64,000 bases of DNA from Octopus sinensis. Lineage: Eukaryota. Below are positions 25,815 to 40,234 of this stretch, in pieces. The position numbers and the translations under genes were made by a program. Under the pieces are notes generated by a model. The model did not search any database. It had not been told where the DNA came from and saw only the letters and a list, made by a program, of their open reading frames with translations. Each line of letters opens with the position of its first letter. The first letter of the stretch is position 1. Location of the stretch: positions 98,394,001 through 98,458,000 of the forward strand of contig NC_042998.1 of the NCBI RefSeq assembly GCF_006345805.1, given 5' to 3'.

Positions 25815-26585
25815 ATCAGGAAATAGAATGACTGATGCAATTACAGCAGAACAACAGGGGCACAAGAAAGAAATTATTCATTTTTGGCTTGTTGCTCTGA
25901 AGAAAGCTTTTGATAGATGCACTTGAAGTACTGATACAGTTACTCCTAAATTTCTTAGTTGGAGTAAAGTAAAAGTTGGTCAGAGTAGTGACATGGCAAA
26001 TGTATGAGTAGACAGTGGTAAGGATGAAAGCGGGTAACAATGATGAATTTGAAGTAAAGGTAGGATTGTATAAGGTGTCAGTGTTAAACCCCAATATTTG
26101 TATATGTCATGGAGGAGTAGGCACAAAGGTCTTTATTATGGGAGTTGTTGTAGACAGGTGATATAGTGTTGACAATAGAGAGAATGGATGGCTCAAAGGA
26201 GAAGAATGGCTGGAGGTAAATGTCATGAAGGTGAATAGTGGAAAGACAAAAGCAATGGCAAGTGATAAAATATGTACTTAAGTGGAAATAAACCAGGAAC
26301 TTTTAGAACATGGCCTTTAAGCCAAGTATTGAGAAGAAGACCCATCAAATCAAGTAAAATCGCAGTCGTGGCAGATACTGGTGTCACACAAATGGGACGT
26401 GCTGGTGGCATGTAAAAACACCCATTATACTCTCAGAGTGGTTGGCTTTACAAAGGGCATCCAGCCGTAGAAACCATGCCAAATCAGACTGGAGTTTGGT
26501 GCAGCCTTCCAGCTTGTCAGTCTTGGTCAAATCGTTTAACCCATGCCAACTTGGACAATAGATGTTAAATGATGATGATGATGTG
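25815..26585 (+). mobile_element. Decayed RTE RT fragment plus tail
   Basis: Traces of LKKAFDR and FEVKVGLYKVSVLNP (RT domains 3-4), followed by a tail copy ending in (GAT)n. Confidence 0.6.
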
Positions 26586-27007
26586 TAATATGCACTAGGT
26601 TGGGTCATCAGAAAAGCAATAGAGTGGAAGAGTTATTAATCAATGTGCATAATGGGAGCTACAAATGGAGGAGATAGTATGAAGATGGAAAGTACTTCAA
26701 TGATATGATGACTAGAGCAGCAGGTGGATCAGACCCATTGCTGGTAGCCAGAATGAGATGCACTTATATATATATACATTCATACATAAATATATATGGT
26801 TTGAAATTCTGAGTATGTTATTGAATATGTCAGGTAGATGAAAGGGGCTAAATATGGTGCAGTGGCTGAAATTTTGTTACCATAACAACCAAGATGATGC
26901 CACAATCATTTGTCATCTCAGAAATCCATACAAGATTTAAGGATAGTATTCTGTCAAAAAATAGAGATGCAAGAGATAACAACAATAAATTATATATATA
27001 TATATAG

Positions 27008-27360
27008 CATAGGTGCAAGAGTGGCTGTGTGGTAAGTAGCTTGCTTACCAACCACATGGTTCTGGGTTCAGTCCCACTGCATGGCACCTTAGGCAAGTAT
27101 CTTCTACTATAGCCTTGGACTGACCAAAGCCTTGTGAGTGGATTTGGCAGATGGTAACTGAAAGAAACCTGTTGTATATATATATATATGTGTTTGTGTT
27201 TGTCCCCCACAACATTGCTGATGTGTTTACTTAGTGGTTCGGCAAAAAGAGACCGATAGAATAAGTACTAGGCTTACAAAGAATAAGTCCTGGGATTGAT
27301 TCCCTCAACTAAAGGCGGTGCTCCAGCATGGCCGCAGTCAAATGACTGAAACAAGTAAAA
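27008..27360 (+). mobile_element. Family B SINE, full length
   Basis: GAGTGGCTGTGTGGTAAGTAGC...GGGTTCAGTCCCACTG...GACTGAAACAAGTAAAA. Confidence 0.8.
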
Positions 27361-29436
27361 GTTCTCTTTTATTTTCTATGTAGCACCAGAAGAATAGTTT
27401 CCACCAGCTTATGCATTATTACTTGAAGACTGGTATACAGTCATTTGCTATAAATGTTTACTCTTTGTGCTTGGTCATACTGAAGTTAATTGTTTCAGTT
27501 GAATATAATGACAATTTATTCTCAGCTGCTGTTTCTTGTTACAAGTTTTGTGATGATTCAGTTTGGTTCAACAACATCTGTTTACTTCCAAAAGTTCATT
27601 AAGTACAGATCCAATATAGTAGTGACTTCTCCAAATTCTCCACTACTATATTGGGTCTGTATTATAGTGACAAAATAAAAAAATCTGTCTGAAAGTCTAA
27701 AAAAAACAACAAAAACATTGATTAAGGTACCATCGTGCCTAGCTTGAAATTTTGTCTTGTACTTTCCTCCAGTTCCTTCTATTATTAAGTTTGCATTATT
27801 CTGTATGCAAACACAGCAGAGACTTGGGGAAGTGTTAAGAAAAAGCTTGGGTTATGCACAATGATACTTCCTCAGCTCATTTTAAGAGTTATATACCTGA
27901 TTCTTTTGTTACCTCTGCATTGGACCATGCAATACTATCCTTGTTAAATATAATATTTGATATAATTACATATTTTATACTTATAAAACACCATTAAATA
28001 TACATATTGTTTGTTTCTTTGGAAAACTTAATGACATTCATGTTTATATATTCTGGTTTTTATTTGACTTTTATGAAAGGTTACTTCATTAATAAAACAT
28101 TATTTTAGTGATAAATATCAGTATTTTTAAAGTATTACAGGGTAGTAATTGGTAGATTATGTAACTCAACATATCAAATACATTGCAGTATTTGGTCACA
28201 TCCTTTTGTGTTATTCTGTGGTCACAAATAATTCCTTGTAATATTGTGGTGCTATTTGGTCACTAACTGATGAGGGGTCAAGTATGTCTGTGTTCCAGTG
28301 TATGTTTTTCTTGTTATTCCATGTGTTCCTTTACCATCCCATGTGCAACCTTTTTCATGAAACACACACACACACACACACACACACGCATACAAGCTTT
28401 TAGTAGATTAGACAGTTGAGAGTGAAAGTGCTCATGAACTTTTGTGGGTCCTCTAGACAGGTGAAATTGATACAATGGATACCCAAGCTGAACATCTTTT
28501 GAATAATACATTCAAATGTACAAAACAGAGTGAATTCTGTCAAAGGCACCTAAAGAGCAAGTGGGTGTTTTAAAGTGTGTAACATATTAGACCTGTCAAC
28601 TCAGTGTAAGCATACCAGCTACAAGTTACGTATACTACTTCTTGTTAGGTTCTTTTTTTTCACTGGCTCCACCCACAAAGCTGTATGGCCATTATATCAA
28701 ACACTGTTTCAGTACCACTTTTCTTATGCATGAACAACTTATCTCCTTCCATTGCATTTAATAAATCCTTCCACTCTAACCAAGAATTCACATCCATCAC
28801 TTGAGAAGACCCATCCACCACAACAAAACCAAGATCCTAAAACTAAGGTGCCACATAAAAAGCACCCAGTACACTTTGTAGAGTGGTTGGCATTAGGAAG
28901 GGCATCCAGCCATAGAAACCAAGCCAAAACAGATTATGGAACCTGATGTGGCCCCTGGCCTTACCAGTTCCTGTCAAGCTATCCAACCTATGCCAGCATG
29001 GAAAACATGTTAAGTGATGATGATCTGCTTTATTCCACTAACTTCCTTGGCATCTCTGTTTTTATTGCTTAGTTCAACTTATCTACCTCTGTCTTTTATA
29101 AATTCATTGATTTATACTCCTACTTCAACTTCATCTTACCCAGTTCCACTCACATCAAATCTACTATCTGATTGTTACAATTCATCACTGGATTTATATT
29201 ATAAGCTACAATGTATTTGGGCTGAATTAACTATTGTTTCTTGCTCCCAAAATTTGATATTTCATGCTAATATTAGAATTTAATATTGTTTACGTATTAC
29301 ACTGTTATATTCCCCTCCCTGCCAATCGTGAATAATAACTGGTTAAGTGGATTATGTATTCTCATAAAGATTGTGTTATAAAGAAATATTATTTCTATCA
29401 TTTTTTTTGTTCTTTATTTTTGATTTTGATATTTAG

Positions 29437-29513
29437 ATCCATATCCGAATTGAAAATGAGAAGTACTTGAATGAGCACCCTGAAGTAGAATGCATGCTAG
29501 CTGGGTTTTTAAG
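29437..29513 (+). CDS. RIIAD1: RIIAD1 exon 2 (IHIRIENEKYLNEHPEVECMLAGFL)
   Basis: Polypyrimidine tract plus TTTAG acceptor, donor AG|GTATGG (phase 2). Matches the recalled RIIAD1 motif TRIANEKYLRTHKEVEWLISGFF. Confidence 0.9.
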
Positions 29514-31032
29514 GTATGGACATAGCTACAGACTGAACTAGTTTCTGTAATTTTGTTTGAACGTTCAGACTAGAAGTAACTGAATAGTAAACTTGTCTTT
29601 TTTTGGTAGGGGTTTCAGATGCCTGAATTGTATTTAGTAAGAACTTATTTCTAAGTACAAACATCTATAACTCCTACTATTATTTGTAATATCCTTCATA
29701 TTAATATCATACAAACACATTATAAGGGAGATCCTAGCCCAAAATGTCAGAGCTCATTTCTCATGATACATGACTTGGTCTTACTTGAAAAATATTACTA
29801 ACTTTAATGCCTAATACGTTACTTTTGCACTGCAGATATGGTATTAGGGTTTTTTATTCAATACAGTATATTGGAGAAATAACACTCTTGTTCTGTGATG
29901 TTAACCCTTTGTCATATGGATCTTTACCAGATTGTTGTATCTGCTTTCTGGTCTTATATAACTGTAGAATGTCATAGATAAACTCATTCAGTTTATCGAA
30001 ATATTTATTTTTTACTGCATTGCTGTATTAATACATTGTATGAAGATTATTTGCTGAGAACTTGTATTTTGTATGATATAATGCAGACATACCCGTGTGG
30101 TAAGAAATTTGCTTCTGAACCATATGGTTCTCAGTTCAATCCCATTTCATGGCACCTTGGGCAAGTATCTTTCACTTTGCTCTGTCTCGATCAAAGCTTT
30201 GTGAATGGATTTGATAGACAAAATCTGAAAGAAGCCTATTGTATATATGTGTCTGCTACTATCATGCAAGTAGTGTCTTTCATTCCCAATCTCCTATGCT
30301 TAGTCATGGGGAAATATTACCTTCCTTGGAAACAGGTGAGAGTTGGCAACAAGAAGGGAATCCAGTTGTAGAATCTCTACATCAACAAAAATCCATCCAA
30401 CCTGTGTGAGCATGGGAAAGGGGACATTAAAATGATGACAATGCTGATGTGTGAAACATATTTGTCAGCCAGTTAGATCGTTGCTCAGTGGCACAACACA
30501 ATGGTTTATTTTAGACAAGGGTGTTTTAGACAAGTTTGAATTAGTGATCATGTGGGCGTCAGACCAGCACTTTAACTTTGAGTGTGTTGAAATACTTATC
30601 TTAGGTTTTAGAGTAATTGATAAAAACTAAATCTCTTCAGAAATTGACAGCAATATTATTGTAATCCCTTCAAAATTTTTGTTACAATTTTCTATTTTTA
30701 TTTCTTTAAAAAATTTCAGATTTTATGCCCCATTTAAGAAACCACCAGTTTTGTGCTGAACAGTATAAAAATCTGTAATTATAATGATTACAGTGTAATT
30801 GACTGATACATAAGGAATATTTTGTTGTAAACCTGATAAAATTGCAATTAAAAATTCACTTTTGCACCTCTTTACTTTTAGTTTTGTGAAATGAAGCTTA
30901 ATCTTTGCAAGTGTTTTAATGTTGAAGATAGGTGTCTTTTGGTCCTTACAATGATTTCATATTAAGTGTGAATACATGAACCATTGTTTGTTTGAATCAT
31001 CATATTTCAATGATTAATTTTATCTTTTACAG

Positions 31033-31079
31033 TGAAATTCTAATGAAACAACCAGATAATATTCATGAATTTGCTGCAG
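31033..31079 (+). CDS. RIIAD1: RIIAD1 exon 3 (SEILMKQPDNIHEFAA)
   Basis: TTTTACAG acceptor, donor G|GTAAAT, phases consistent (2 in, 1 out). Carries the RIIa/Dpy-30-type docking motif PDNIxEFAA. Confidence 0.9.
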
Positions 31080-31371
31080 GTAAATCAGATTCTTAAAAAA
31101 AATTTTTTTTTATTGAAGTAAATATCAAGGCTATCTTGCTAAGATGCTGGACTATCAGCTACAAAGTTGTAATTGATGCTCTAGCCACTTTTGAACCTCT
31201 GGTTTGTTTAAGAGTTATTATTACTTTTCTTACAATTAAAAGATGTAAAGGAAAAAGGTCTAAGAATAGTTTCAAAGACGTAGTCTTAGTTCATTATTGC
31301 TAAATCTTAATTAACTAACTTCAAAATGGAATTAATGTAAAACTTAGGTTAGCTGTATTAAATATCGGTTT

Positions 31372-32030
31372 CAAATTTTGGCATAAGGTCAGCAAGTTCA
31401 TGGGAGGGAATAAGTTGATTAGATCGACCCCCAGGGGTCAACTAGTACTTATTTTATTGAATCTCATAGGATGAAAGGCAAAGTCAACCTCAGCGGAATT
31501 TGAACTTAGAATGTGGAGACAGACGAAATGTGGCTAAGCATTTTGCCTGGTGTGCTAACAATTCTGCCATCTTGCTCCTTTAGTAGTATTAAATATTCTT
31601 TTCTACTCTAGGCACAAGGCCCGAAATTATTGTGGAGGGGGCCAGCTGATTAGATGGACTCCAGTATGTAATTGGTACTTAATTTATCAACCCTGAAAGG
31701 ATGAGAGGCAAAGTCAACCTTGGTGGAATTTGAACTCAGAATGTAAAGACAGACAAAATACTGCTAAGCATTTTGCCTGGCGTGCTAATGTTTCTTATTT
31801 CTTTATTGCCCACAAGAGGCTAAACAGAAGGGACAAACAAGGACAGACAAAGTGATTAAGTCAATTACATCGACTCCAGTGTGTAACTGGTACTTAATTT
31901 ATCGACCCTGAAAGGATGAAAGGCAAAGTCGACCTCAGCAGAATTTGAGCTCAGAACGTAAAGACAAACGAAATACTGCTAAGCATTTTGCCTGGCATGC
32001 TAACATTTCTGCCAGCTCGCCGCCTTTCAG
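31372..32030 (-). mobile_element. Three stacked family A SINEs in RIIAD1 intron 3
   Basis: GGATGAAAGGCAAAGTC-type core at about 31470, 31700 and 31915. Confidence 0.8.
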
Positions 32031-32406
32031 CAGTATTAAATATTAAGAGATTAAAATATGAGGAAACAGGAGGGTTTCAAAGTTAAAGTATTTGGTAAAT
32101 TATCACATAAAGTTTCAGTCTTCATGCAGCCCTTGTGTTGTGTTTGGCAAGACATTATTTTGCTGGCCTCTATACGTCTAGCTAATAATAAACACTCACT
32201 GCTTTACAGTTTAGTGGGTAGCTATTAGAAAGACCAACAGTACACTCCAAATTATGAAAATATCATAGTTGTAAAAATGTCCTATTCTTGCAGTTATGGA
32301 GAATTGGTGTAAAACATTTAAGGAAAAAAGTGGGGGAAGAATTTCTTTAAAATGCATATTTCTGATAAATTGTAAGAATTGTTTGATTTTTCTTTTCATG
32401 TTATAG

Positions 32407-32504
32407 AGCATTTTACCAATCCTAACCTTAGACGTAACATTGGTGAGGAACTTCAGCAGAGACAGGCAAAGATGAAAGAAAATCTGTTATTGAAGAATTT
32501 TTAG
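32407..32504 (+). CDS. RIIAD1: RIIAD1 exon 4, terminal (EHFTNPNLRRNIGEELQQRQAKMKENLLLKNF*)
   Basis: TTATAG acceptor, phase 1, TAG stop at 32502-32504. Joined CDS is 342 nt (113 aa plus stop). Confidence 0.85.
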
Positions 32505-34309
32505 TCCACACTATGATGGTAATTATTATTTTGAGATCTTGACCTTGAACTGTATTCCAATTTTTGAAGCAAAGATTTTGGAACAACTTTTTCATATGTT
32601 ACTAGGTTGTGCATGTGTGAGCTATGATTTGCTGTCAAGAATGGCAGAGATACACAGAGTCTGAAGAATAGATGTAGAACTAAAAAACTGCTGTTAGTCT
32701 TGCAGAGAATTTGGAATATATATCTAAAATACTAACTCATGGAATTATTCAGTTCTTGACTAACATGAAATTAACATTTCTCTCATAAATCTCAAGATAG
32801 CATCATTATAGTTGCTTCCATACCTGCAAAGTCTCATATTTGTGATTGTCTTAATTCTGTGGCTTCATCTATGAGTGAAATGAAATAAAATACAAAGCAC
32901 ACTTTGTATTTTGTAATAGCTATCATCACCTGGCACTAAGCCCCCTCCCCATCAGTACTACACCTCCCCCAGTTGAGAGGTCTTGTCTTGCACCCAGTAC
33001 ACTCTGTGAAGTGGTTGGTATAAGGAAAGGCATCCAACTGTAGAAACTATGCGAAAGCAGATAGACTCCTTGGCATACTCTTCTAACTGGCTAGCTTCTA
33101 TTAAATTGTCCATCCCATGCCAGCATGGAAAGCAGACATAAATTAATGATGATAATTATCTATAAATCACATCCTATCAAGTTTTTATTAGAACTATTAT
33201 CACTAACTATTTTACTAATATTCTCCAGATGCTGACTACCAGCTTTCTTTGTTTCTCAATTTTATTTATGCTTTTGTTTCTTTTTATCATTCAGATCTCA
33301 AGATGTATTAAGCACCTAAATGTCACTCATCCCTTTCTGAAATCAATCACTGACAACTTTTACCCCAGACTGCTGATAAGCATTGCTGAAAATAATAACA
33401 TCATTAAAATGTTAAGAAAGTAGAAAAGACACTAGAACATCATTACTTCTGCTCACCAAAACAGAAATAATGTGCTTGCTAATTTGTCTAAATGATTATT
33501 TGAGTAATTTTTCTTCCCATTCATTGTTAGAGAAGGAAGAAAATAAAATATAATTAAAAGTAAGATACAACATTGTTCAAAATTAGTAGAGATTGATCTT
33601 ATATGCTATTCTCATTTTTAAATAGCTGGGAAGTTGAGATTAAGAACTATGATCAATTTTTTTTTACTTCATATTCATTTCAAATATAAAAAGTAATTGT
33701 TGGTCAGTGATTAACAAAACTCTGACTGACAGTGAAATGGAAAAAGAAGCCCCAGCAACTAATTGGCTTATCTGGTTCCTTGTACGAGATAATTTTTGTT
33801 GAAAGGTTTGTAGAACTAGTCAGTGAAATATATTGTGTGTGTAAAATATTATGTATTGTTATAACTTATTTAATCATTTCTGTCATAGTTGCATAATAAA
33901 GATTATAAAATTTTTGATTCATATTTTATTTTTGAAAATAATGAATCTTAGCTTTGAAGTAAAGGTACCAAAATATGATGGTATATTTGTGAGATCAAAA
34001 CTAGCTATAACTAGTGTCATTACCAAGACATAACCATGTTAAGCAGAGAGTGGGTAAATGTATTATGGAATTACAATCAAAGGGTTTAATTTTTATGTCC
34101 CTGTAACTTAGTGGTTTAGTAAAAGAGACTGTTAGTTGAACAAATCTGGAATTTATTCTAAGTTAATTAAGGTAGTGCTCCAGCATGGTCACAGTCTACA
34201 AACTGGAACAAGTAAGAAAAATGAAAGGATAAATAGGGAGTGAGAATTTTCAATTTTCCAGGGAGTACAGGAGAGAGTTTAGACAAGCTTTTGTGACATT
34301 GATTATCAT

Positions 34310-34530
34310 CAGTAGCCCTGTAACCTTGCTGTGCTGGTACTGTTGTAATGCATATGGATGAGGAGAGTTGCATAAATAGATTCCAATCTCTTATTGTGGA
34401 AGGAACCTGTTGAAGGGGTAGATCCAGAAAAATGTGGGATCGAGTGGTGAGATATGACCTTTGGATGTTGGGCCTCACAGAGGAGATGACAAGTGACCAA
34501 GACTTGTGCTGATTTGTTGTACTTGAGAAG
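34310..34530 (+). mobile_element. RTE 3' ORF remnant
   Basis: MDEESCINRFQSLIVEGTC*RGRSRKMWDRVVRYDL, homologous to the 12.7-kb copy. Confidence 0.65.
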
Positions 34531-37168
34531 CTAAATGGAATCATGATCATCAACACATGCATGCATGTCCTTTATGGTCATGCCTCCCACTCCAATATCT
34601 GGCCTCTTTCAAAACTCCATCTTCCCAACACCTGCAGGCCCCTCCACTCTCTCCATGCCCTCACATATTTTCTTATGCTTCTCCTAGCCTCTCCATTTCC
34701 CCCTCACTACAGGCATGTCTTCCTCATCTTTAAACATATCCCCCTCACTCATGAAACATCCACCCTCTATCCCCATTGTACTAATACTCCTCCCTACTGT
34801 TCTCTGTGAGTAGACCCCAATACATCTCCAGCTCCATCTATTTCTCTGTTTATCTTTTTCCATAACTTTCTCATCTTCCTTGTCCTACATGGGTAGCCAT
34901 GTATCTCCTCTGTAGTAAGACCACTATCTGTCGCTCTCTCATATTCTAATCTTTCATCTGGCACATAGCCACTTCCCTTGTTCCCACTCCTTATCTTCAC
35001 TAAAAAATCTTTGTTTTGCAAGTTACTTGGCGATCCTGCCAGTGCCATGTAAAAAGCACCTGGTACACACCCTAGAGTAGTTGGCATTAGGAAGGGCATC
35101 CAGCCATAGAAACCGTGTCAAATCAGACAACTTTCCAGCTCAGGTCAAACCATCCAACCCATGCCAGCATGGAAAACAGATGTTGAATGAGGGTGATAAG
35201 GATACTGGCATAGTGTATATAGTTCACTTATTAGGTGTTTGTTTTTATTATGTACTGCATGATACAATGGAACCACACTGATTTTTCTCCAACTCTCCTA
35301 TCTCCCTTGTCTTACTGGAGTAGCCAAGTAAGATAACTATTTGTCCCATCATATTCTAATCTCTTACCTGACAGCCATTTCCCCCAGTTCCATTCCCTAT
35401 CTCTAATTGTGGAAAGGCTAGACCCAGGAAGACGTGGTGAGAAATGATCTTTGGATGTTAAGCAAAACATTGTGTAATATATATCTTAAGCTTTTAGAAA
35501 CATAACCATCTGGATGAAATCAATATAGAAATAACAATTCCAAATATATTTTATTCATTAAATAGCAGAAATAATTTATTTAAAACATATTGAAAAAGAA
35601 AAATTAAATTGTAAAAAAAAAATTGAGAAAACAAAAAAAAGTTTTCAATAATTGTAAAAAAAATATTTGGCAAAACTGATACTTTATATTTTAAAAGTTT
35701 GGTAATATATTTTTAAAAAATACCATCAGGACACGTGCAAGACATATGCAATTTAGGTAATAAATAATGTGATAATCTCAAATATATAGCTATCAACACA
35801 AAACAAATTTAAAATATTATAAGCCATGTTTGTTATGAAAATGAATATAATTGTCATGTTATATGAATGCTGCAGATAAACAAATTGATATTAGAAAATT
35901 AAAAGAGGCACCAACAGTTCATATATTGTCACTGTAAATAAGGCCAAGATAACTTAACTCTCATTGGCTCAGTTCATCTACCTTTAAATGGGGCATTCAA
36001 CAATTCTGTGCTGTTAAAAATTAGTTGGGTTCCACTACACTTCATGAAATGGGAAAAATATTCATTGATGGATGCATTTGATCATGGAAAGTCAATTAAA
36101 TTGTGTGATATGAGATTATGTAAGACAACTGGTGTTACTTACATAAACACTATAGCTTAACTGAACATAAGAGAATGGTCATAATTGATCTCGAAGTTAT
36201 AACAGTTAAAAAAAATGCTGATTTCTGGAGATGCTAACAGTCAAAATTAATAGGGAGCAAGCTTCATATTACTATTACTGCACTAACTTTTTAAGGGTTA
36301 AAATTTTTCAAGCTCTAAGCAAATAAAATGGTTAGGTAGAGAAATTTACTCTAAGTTTTGTGAGCTTGGTATAGTGAATTAAATCTTGTTCTAGGAAGGA
36401 TAATTGCTATTTGTATAACAGAAACCTATCTAAGGAAAGGTGCGTAATTTATTTAATCCTATAAAAAAAAAAAAAATTTATTTAAAAATCAGGAATAAGC
36501 AATGACTGAAACCCTGTGATGTATAAAGAATAACAAACTAAGCAACCACTACAATATTTTCACCTGGCATTTTTCAAATATTTAGAAAGAAAAATGTATT
36601 TGGTAAAGTTTTGTATAAATTTAAAAAGTTTTTACTTCAAATGATGAATCATTTATGTACTGGACTATTTTGATAATTTACGTAAGCACAGGACCTCAGA
36701 TTTGAAGGGAACAGCCAAGTATTTAAAAGAGCCATGTCTTAATTAAAAGTTATACATGAAATGGATTTCCTTTTTTTAGATTATTTGAAAGCTAAATGTA
36801 AATATTTATAATTCATGATTATTTAAAAATAAAAAAAAACAAGGCTTAAAATATTTAAAATTTTCTGTACATTCACACAATTCATTGTGAGTTTAAAGTT
36901 TTGGGCATTTCAATGTTATAACATCAACTGCTCTATATTATATTAGTACTCTGGGGGTTAGACTGGCAAATACAAAACTGTCAAACCAAAACACACTTGG
37001 ATACTGAAAAATAAATTGATAATAATGATATAGAATTAAAACTCAAATTTTTTTTTTTACCATTACATCTTAAAAAATGATTTAGAGTTCAGAAATAAGT
37101 ATGACATCAATGAAGTATTAGTGAGAAATACTGTGTATAATATAGAGAGAAAATATAGTTACTATACT

Positions 37169-39182
37169 CAGGGCCAGCCTTAAGCCAATTGAAGTGATTG
37201 CTCCCAATTGGGCCCCATCCTATACTGCGACATTTCATGAAGATGGTCACCCAGAAGTTTTTGAAAATTTACATAAAAATGCTCTAAAAAAAAAAAAAAA
37301 ACTTTCTACACTTTAGCGACACAAAATCCCAAAAGATAAACCTGTTCAAACAAAATTGCTTGAATTTTTAGTGTAAGGGTCAATTGTATGCAAGCCTGTG
37401 TGTATGTGAATGTTTGGTGTGTTTATGGGTAAAATATTTGCGGGAGAGTATGCATATGGTTATTTGAATGTATGGAGAATTGTATATATGTGTGCGTATG
37501 TTTGTGTGTGTGTGAGTTGCTATACTCGAGATTGCTCCAAGGAAAACTAAACTAAGACCATTACATTCCTTGGAAGAAAGCAGCGAATGTATATGGAAAT
37601 AAGGATGGAAAAACCCCCAAATGTCACACATATACAAATAACAGGACATAACAACAGGTGTCTTTCGACTAAGGACAAATTAAATTAAGCTAGCGTGTGT
37701 GGCAGTAAAGCCTTACGGCAGGGACACAAGATTTAACAAGCACAGGAATGAATATATATGTTGCATGGACAGTAATCCAACCAAGAAAGAAAGGTCAGGC
37801 CTGACCGAACACCAGTCACATGGGGAGAGAAGAGAGAGAGAGGTAGAAGCAGAGGGAAAGAAGAATTAAGGAGGAGCGAGAGAAAACTGAAAGAGACAGT
37901 GAAATGAAAGAGGGAAAGTGAGCATGAAGAGAAGGCCAGGAAATGTGAGAGAAGGGGAATGAAAGAACAAAGAGTGGAATGAAGTGTGAAAGGGCTGAAA
38001 GAAAGAAGGAAAGAATGAAAGAATACAAAGAACAATATAGAGTTGTACAAAATTTAGATATATATACTTACATATAAGAGACGAAAGTGTATGTAAAAGA
38101 AAGCAAAAAATAAAACAAAAATGAATGCAGCATGGAAGATGCTGTTCTTGTGTGTTCTTGAATGTAAGCCATTCAAGAACACACAAAAACCCGTTAGTTT
38201 CACGTCAACATTTAAATTTCATTTGTGTCAAAATATTTTCGTCGCTTTGAAACTGTGACCTGTTTCAGCGATGAAAATATTTTGACACAACTGAAATTTA
38301 AATGTTGAAGTGAAACTAAGTTTGTGTGTGTTCTTGAAAATGAAAATGATAAAAGCAAAAGGCTAAATGTGTGTGTGTAAAAAGATTCAGTGCTCAGTAT
38401 TTTAGCTACAGGAGTTTGTCAAATAGACATGGTTAAACAAAGGTTAAAAGTTCAATTATTTTTCATAGTGGTTTGGTTGAGGTCTTTGTATTTGTGAGAA
38501 TGTATTCATATGTATACTTATGCTTGTATGTGAATGTATATGTATTTAGTGTATGGTGAATTGTATACATACACATGTGTGTGTGTACAGTGAGAAATGC
38601 GGGAGGTGAGATAAAATTTCTTGTCTCTTGTTCAAAAGAGAAAATCTCTTTGCAATCAGGTTTTTGGATAAGCACAAACATAGTTACACACACAGCTATA
38701 AGTAGGAGACATTTGATCTCACACAGTGGTGCTTAACCCAGAAACATATAGGTAAGAAACAGGACTGTTTTCTACAACAGAGGTTATTGAAAAAATTATA
38801 AGCTGCTGAAAAATTCTAATTATTAATTTGCATTTTACATATATCTCTTTTAGCGTAACATCATGCAACAGATGAAAGTTTCTTTGGGATCTTGTTAAAT
38901 TTCTTTCCAATTTTTGCCAGAATATTTTTAAAAAGCAGTTTAAATGTAGTTTTTCTTACTGATGGTAAACATTTTTGGTAATTTTTACTTTTTAACACTC
39001 AATTTGATTTCAGTGGAAAATGTTTTTTTCCTCATTTTTTTTTTTTTGTGCTATCAACTAATCTCATCTAATATGCTGCAAATGATTTTTTCCATGGAAA
39101 TCAGAGCAGAGTAGGGTCGAGTGGACCCTTGGAAATCCCCCCCCCCCCCAGTCGGGCCCCACACCTCCAAAGACTGGCCCTG
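37169..39182. mobile_element. Non-autonomous hAT-like DNA transposon, 2014 bp
   Basis: TIRs CAGGGCCAGCCTT / AAGACTGGCCCTG (12 of 13 match); perfect 8-bp TSD ACTATACT at 37161-37168 and 39183-39190. Confidence 0.85.
38172..38338. repeat. ~167-bp near-perfect palindrome
   Basis: TTCAAGAACACACA...TGTGTCAAAATATTTTC mirrors GAAAATATTTTGACACA...TGTGTGTTCTTGAA. Confidence 0.85.
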
Positions 39183-40234
39183 ACTATACTGATAAGACAG
39201 GTAAAAGATTTTTTTATGCAGAGAGTATATCACTTAATAATTATGTTAGTAATGAGACAGCTAGTAAATAAGTTTCTGAGAACTGTTCAGGTTGTGAAGG
39301 AGCTAAGGTTAAATTGAGGCCAACACAAAGAAGTTCAAAAGAAATCTATATATGAAACAAACTTCTTATTGGAAAAAGTTTGAAACAGATAAAACAATGC
39401 AAATACTGATGAGCATAAAGAAGGATACCTTCTTTAGACAAAGAAAATATCAGTAAATATGTGACAAAATATGAAATTTAGTCTCTCTCCCTATGAGAAA
39501 AAAAATCACCAAAACACTGGAATATATTAACAACAGATATAAACTATAACTGTTAGCCTTATATTAAAAGACTCAAAATAATTAAATATTAAGATTTCAG
39601 AAATTTATTTATAATATAAAAACAAATGAAATTTTTTGTTTAATGTCAGAGTGAATATAAAATGAAAGTCAATCCTTGATAGAATATGTAATTTTAGATT
39701 TTAGGGCTGAATTAGTTGCTGTAGTTACCAACAGAGTTGTTACATGAATTGAAACAGAACATGAATAAAAGACTAAATACACATATCTACAACCACATGA
39801 ATGAAGAAGAACTTAGACCATGTACATATGAATGAGATACTGTGTGAAGACTGCATACATTAGCTTGTATATGCAACAATATAAGTATTTCTCATTTACT
39901 GACAGTCAACCTTTTATAAAGGAAGAATATAATTGGGTGAATTGATGCTAGTACATATCTGGTATTTAATGACCCTAAAGGGACATTACTACTGTTACAC
40001 TGCTGCCTTTTCATTATATCTATAAAAGATAAGCTTTATGAAAGATTTTTGGGCATGCATGCAACAGAAAGCAGGTGAGAGATAAAAACCATTATTCATT
40101 TCCTGATAAGAAAAAGACATCCTAAATAAAAAGTCATTTATTTCACTTCATTTTATGCTAGGGCATTATTATAATATCAGTGAATTTTACCGCAATAATC
40201 ATTATATTTTTCATAAGCATTGCTTAACAAATCC

